From contig JAVBPK010000068.1 in the NCBI GenBank assembly GCA_031549625.1, positions 1-63,776 of the forward strand: 63,776 nt of DNA, in the 5' to 3' direction. This stretch comes from Eubacteriales bacterium. GTDB lineage: Bacteria > Bacillota > Clostridia > Christensenellales > CAG-138. The position numbers and the translations under genes are program-made. The notes under the pieces were generated by a model. That model saw only the letters and a list, made by a program, of their open reading frames with translations. It made no database searches and was not told the origin of the DNA. Within the stretch, counting starts at the first letter, position 1. Every line of letters begins with the position of its first letter. Below are positions 61,498 through 63,776 of the stretch, piece after piece.

Positions 61498-63102
61498 GTG
61501 GTCATATTGGCGGCTACTATCAAAGACAGCTTTAACAGGTTGGCGGAATATTTCAAGGCTATGGAAAAGGGGCGGCGCACACGTTTGATCGTGTTGGTGG
61601 CGGTGGGCCTTGCGCTTATCGTTGCCGCGTCCGTGTATCTTTCCCAAACAACCTATGCTGTGCTCTATAGCGGCATGCGTCCGGAGGACGCGGGCGAAGT
61701 CATGACACGGCTAAACGAAATGGGCGTAGAAGCGAAAGCCCAGGGCAGCGGCACCATAATGGTGGAAAAAAGCGTGGCTGACAATGTCCGCATGCAGCTC
61801 GCGGGCGATGGGTACCCGAAAAGCGGCTATAACTACGACGTTTCGCAAATGGGCGGTGGCCTTGGCACCACCGACATGGAAAAGAATATGTACCGCCAGT
61901 ACCAGCTGCAGGAATGGCTGCGCAACGCGATCATTCAGCTCGAAAAAGTAGATGATGCTTTCGTGCTTATCAACAACGAAGAACAGGGCGCGTTTGTGCT
62001 GCCTAAAGACGAGAAGCCGGCCACGGCTTCCGTGGTGCTCACACTAAAAGAGGGCCAGACGCTCAACGAAAAAGAAGTAGCCGCCATATACGCGTTGATT
62101 ACAAAAGCCGTGGCGGGCCTGTCCGATACGGAAGTTCGCATCATCGACACCAAAATGAACCTTTACGAGCTCAAGACGGACGATATTGGCAGTACGGAGC
62201 TCATAGACACCCAGCTGCGTTTGCAAACGGACATGCAGAAGACGCTGCAGGAACAGGTATACACGTTGCTTTCACAAGTGTTTGGCAAAGAGGGCGTCAT
62301 AGTCGAGGTACACGTAGAGCTCGATTTCGACAAGGTCAGCACGCAGGATATCGTGTTTGCCCCTCCGGTGGAAGGCCAGACTGAGGGCCTGATCGTCAGC
62401 ATGAAAGAGCTGGCGGAACTCGTCCGCAACGGGACGGAAGGCGATGTGGCGGGCTTTGACCCGAACGGTGTACTGTCCCAGTATCAAGAAATCCAGCAGG
62501 ATGACAACACGCTGTATTCCCAGCTAAGCCGTGAAGCAAACTACGAAATCAACGAGAAGCGCACCCAGATCGAACGGGCAAAGGGCAGTATACGCGACTT
62601 GTCTGTGGCGGTCATACTCGACAGCGTACAGTTTGGCGACAACGAAGAGGATTATCTCAAAAAAGTGAAGAGCATCGTTGCAGGGGCGGTGGGCGTAAAC
62701 GAAGCGCGCGTGCGCGCGGAAATGTTGCCCTTCAAACCGGTCGAAGCAGGCGCAAGTGAGATCGAGAACACCATGCAGCTGCAGCAGCAAATGCAGCAAA
62801 GCATGCAGAAAGCGCAATATATCCGCTTGGCCATACTGCTTGGCACGGGCATCATCATCATGATTATCCTGCTGCTGGTTGTGCGCACATTGCGAAAGCC
62901 GCGCGCGCAGGAAATGGGCGAGGACAGCGAGGGAATTGATCTGCTGGCGGACGAGGACATCGTGCCTTCGCCGGAAGAAGCGCTGGCCATCCTCGAAAAA
63001 GAGGATACGAATTTGGCATCACTGGAAAATTATATTGAAAGCAGCCCGGAATCGGTGGCGCAGCTGTTACGCAACTGGCTATCCGATGAAATAGGCAGGT
63101 GA
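61498..63102 (+). CDS. fliF: Flagellar M-ring protein FliF
   Basis: TM is LIVLVAVGLALIVAASVYL. Motif: YAVLYSGMRPEDAGEVMTRLNEMGV. There is a second TM near the C-terminus. The start is uncertain: GTG at 61498 per the track, or TTG at 61507 five nt after GGGTGG. Confidence 0.9.
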   Translation: MVILAATIKDSFNRLAEYFKAMEKGRRTRLIVLVAVGLALIVAASVYLSQTTYAVLYSGMRPEDAGEVMTRLNEMGVEAKAQGSGTIMVEKSVADNVRMQLAGDGYPKSGYNYDVSQMGGGLGTTDMEKNMYRQYQLQEWLRNAIIQLEKVDDAFVLINNEEQGAFVLPKDEKPATASVVLTLKEGQTLNEKEVAAIYALITKAVAGLSDTEVRIIDTKMNLYELKTDDIGSTELIDTQLRLQTDMQKTLQEQVYTLLSQVFGKEGVIVEVHVELDFDKVSTQDIVFAPPVEGQTEGLIVSMKELAELVRNGTEGDVAGFDPNGVLSQYQEIQQDDNTLYSQLSREANYEINEKRTQIERAKGSIRDLSVAVILDSVQFGDNEEDYLKKVKSIVAGAVGVNEARVRAEMLPFKPVEAGASEIENTMQLQQQMQQSMQKAQYIRLAILLGTGIIIMIILLLVVRTLRKPRAQEMGEDSEGIDLLADEDIVPSPEEALAILEKEDTNLASLENYIESSPESVAQLLRNWLSDEIGR

Positions 63103-63107
63103 GTAAT

Positions 63108-63776
63108 ATGATCGAGACCATGTCGCCCAGAGAAAAAGCAGCGGTGCTCATGATCACACTGGGGAAAAACTACGCGGCGAAGCTGTACCACTTCCTTACC
63201 GACGAAGAAGTGGAACAGCTTACGTTGAATATCACCAGCATGCGCCGCGTAGATCCGGAAACAAAAGAAGAAGTTGTCCGGGAGTTTTACGAAGTCTGCA
63301 TGGCGCAGAAATTCATCTCCGAAGGCGGCATCGACTACGCGAAAGAAATATTGGACAAGGCGTTTGGCGCCGACCGTGCGTCGCAGCTTATCACAAAACT
63401 ATCGTCCGCCCTGCGCGTGCGCCCATTTGATTTCGTTCGCCGTGCGGACAGCACGCAAGTGTATAACTTCCTGCAAAACGAGCATCCGCAAACCATCGCG
63501 CTCATCCTGTCTTACCTCGAAGCCGATCAGGCGGCAAGCGTGCTTGCTTCGCTGCCGCTCGAAAAGCAAACGAGCGTTATCGCTCGTATCGCGAACATGG
63601 GCGTGACATCGGCGGAATACGTAAAAGAAGCGGAGCGCGTGCTAGAAAACAAATTCTCCAGCATGATTATGGGCAACCAAACGCTTGTCGGCGGCATAGA
63701 CAGCCTGGTGCAGATACTCAACTGCGTAGACCGCGGTACGGAGCGGCACCTGCTGGAAAGCCTCGAACAAACCGAC
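63108..63776 (+). CDS. fliG: Flagellar motor switch protein FliG, 5' part (runs off the window end)
   Basis: The frame is open from ATG at 63108 to the window end (223 codons). It is not in the track because there is no stop codon. Motifs: SPREKAAVLMITLG..AAKLYHFLTDEEVEQLTLNI and EHPQTIALILSYLE. Confidence 0.9.
   Translation, partial: MIETMSPREKAAVLMITLGKNYAAKLYHFLTDEEVEQLTLNITSMRRVDPETKEEVVREFYEVCMAQKFISEGGIDYAKEILDKAFGADRASQLITKLSSALRVRPFDFVRRADSTQVYNFLQNEHPQTIALILSYLEADQAASVLASLPLEKQTSVIARIANMGVTSAEYVKEAERVLENKFSSMIMGNQTLVGGIDSLVQILNCVDRGTERHLLESLEQTD

Noticed and set aside
61309-61647. A 112-aa minus-strand ORF spanning the fliF start, and the 65-aa plus-strand ORF at 60907-61104.
   Set aside because: Neither has an RBS. 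Their composition is odd (His/Arg/Cys-rich). They overlap the fliF N-terminus or the flagellin-4 leader, and they lie in an AT-rich regulatory region.

Overview
This looks like one contiguous chromosomal segment of a motile, moderately GC-rich Firmicute. The gene content is Clostridia-like and the flagellar/chemotaxis gene set is Bacillus-like, with GGAGG-type RBSs and rho-independent terminators. From nt 1 to about 15.8 kb there are housekeeping genes plus a few small accessory genes: the 3' end of a surface protein with a sorting-signal-like tail, trkA-trkH, an HTH protein carrying a 48-bp in-frame tandem repeat, a conserved hypothetical, T-box(Gly)-controlled glyQS, a glyoxalase-fold protein, an esterase, tadA, two paralogous small membrane proteins, two secreted SH3b + sortase-B-like paralogues, msrAB, a double GNAT and rsmI. 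From about 15.8 to 63.8 kb there is an almost uninterrupted motility/chemotaxis regulon split into many units. On the minus strand: cheC-cheD-cheY-cheA-HD-GYP. Then: a fliK-like gene plus a stand-alone FlhB C-domain; fliD-fliS-fliT-like-yaaR-cheW-mcp; cheR-cheB; slt-flgB-flgC-fliE; fliO-P-Q-R-flhB-flhA-flhF-flhG-pilZ-fliA; fapA plus two unknowns; two rod genes; yvyF-flgM-flgN-flgK-flgL-yviE-fliW-csrA; a soluble [FeFe]-hydrogenase-like chemoreceptor; four tandem flagellin genes (minus strand); and fliF-fliG, cut by the window end. I recognised no rRNA, tRNA, CRISPR, IS or prophage genes. The items most worth a second look are: (1) the hydrogenase-like/MCP fusion at 53705-55420; (2) the secreted SH3b-sortase-like pair at 10014-12776; (3) the four-flagellin array with a conserved GGA-hairpin leader next to fliW-csrA; (4) the broken fla/che operon order (fliE joined to fliO through a hairpin-rich spacer, with fliF-fliG displaced about 28 kb); (5) an approximately 170-bp rod-like palindromic element at 4448-4618. 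All calls come from reading the sequence and translations by eye. No database search was run.
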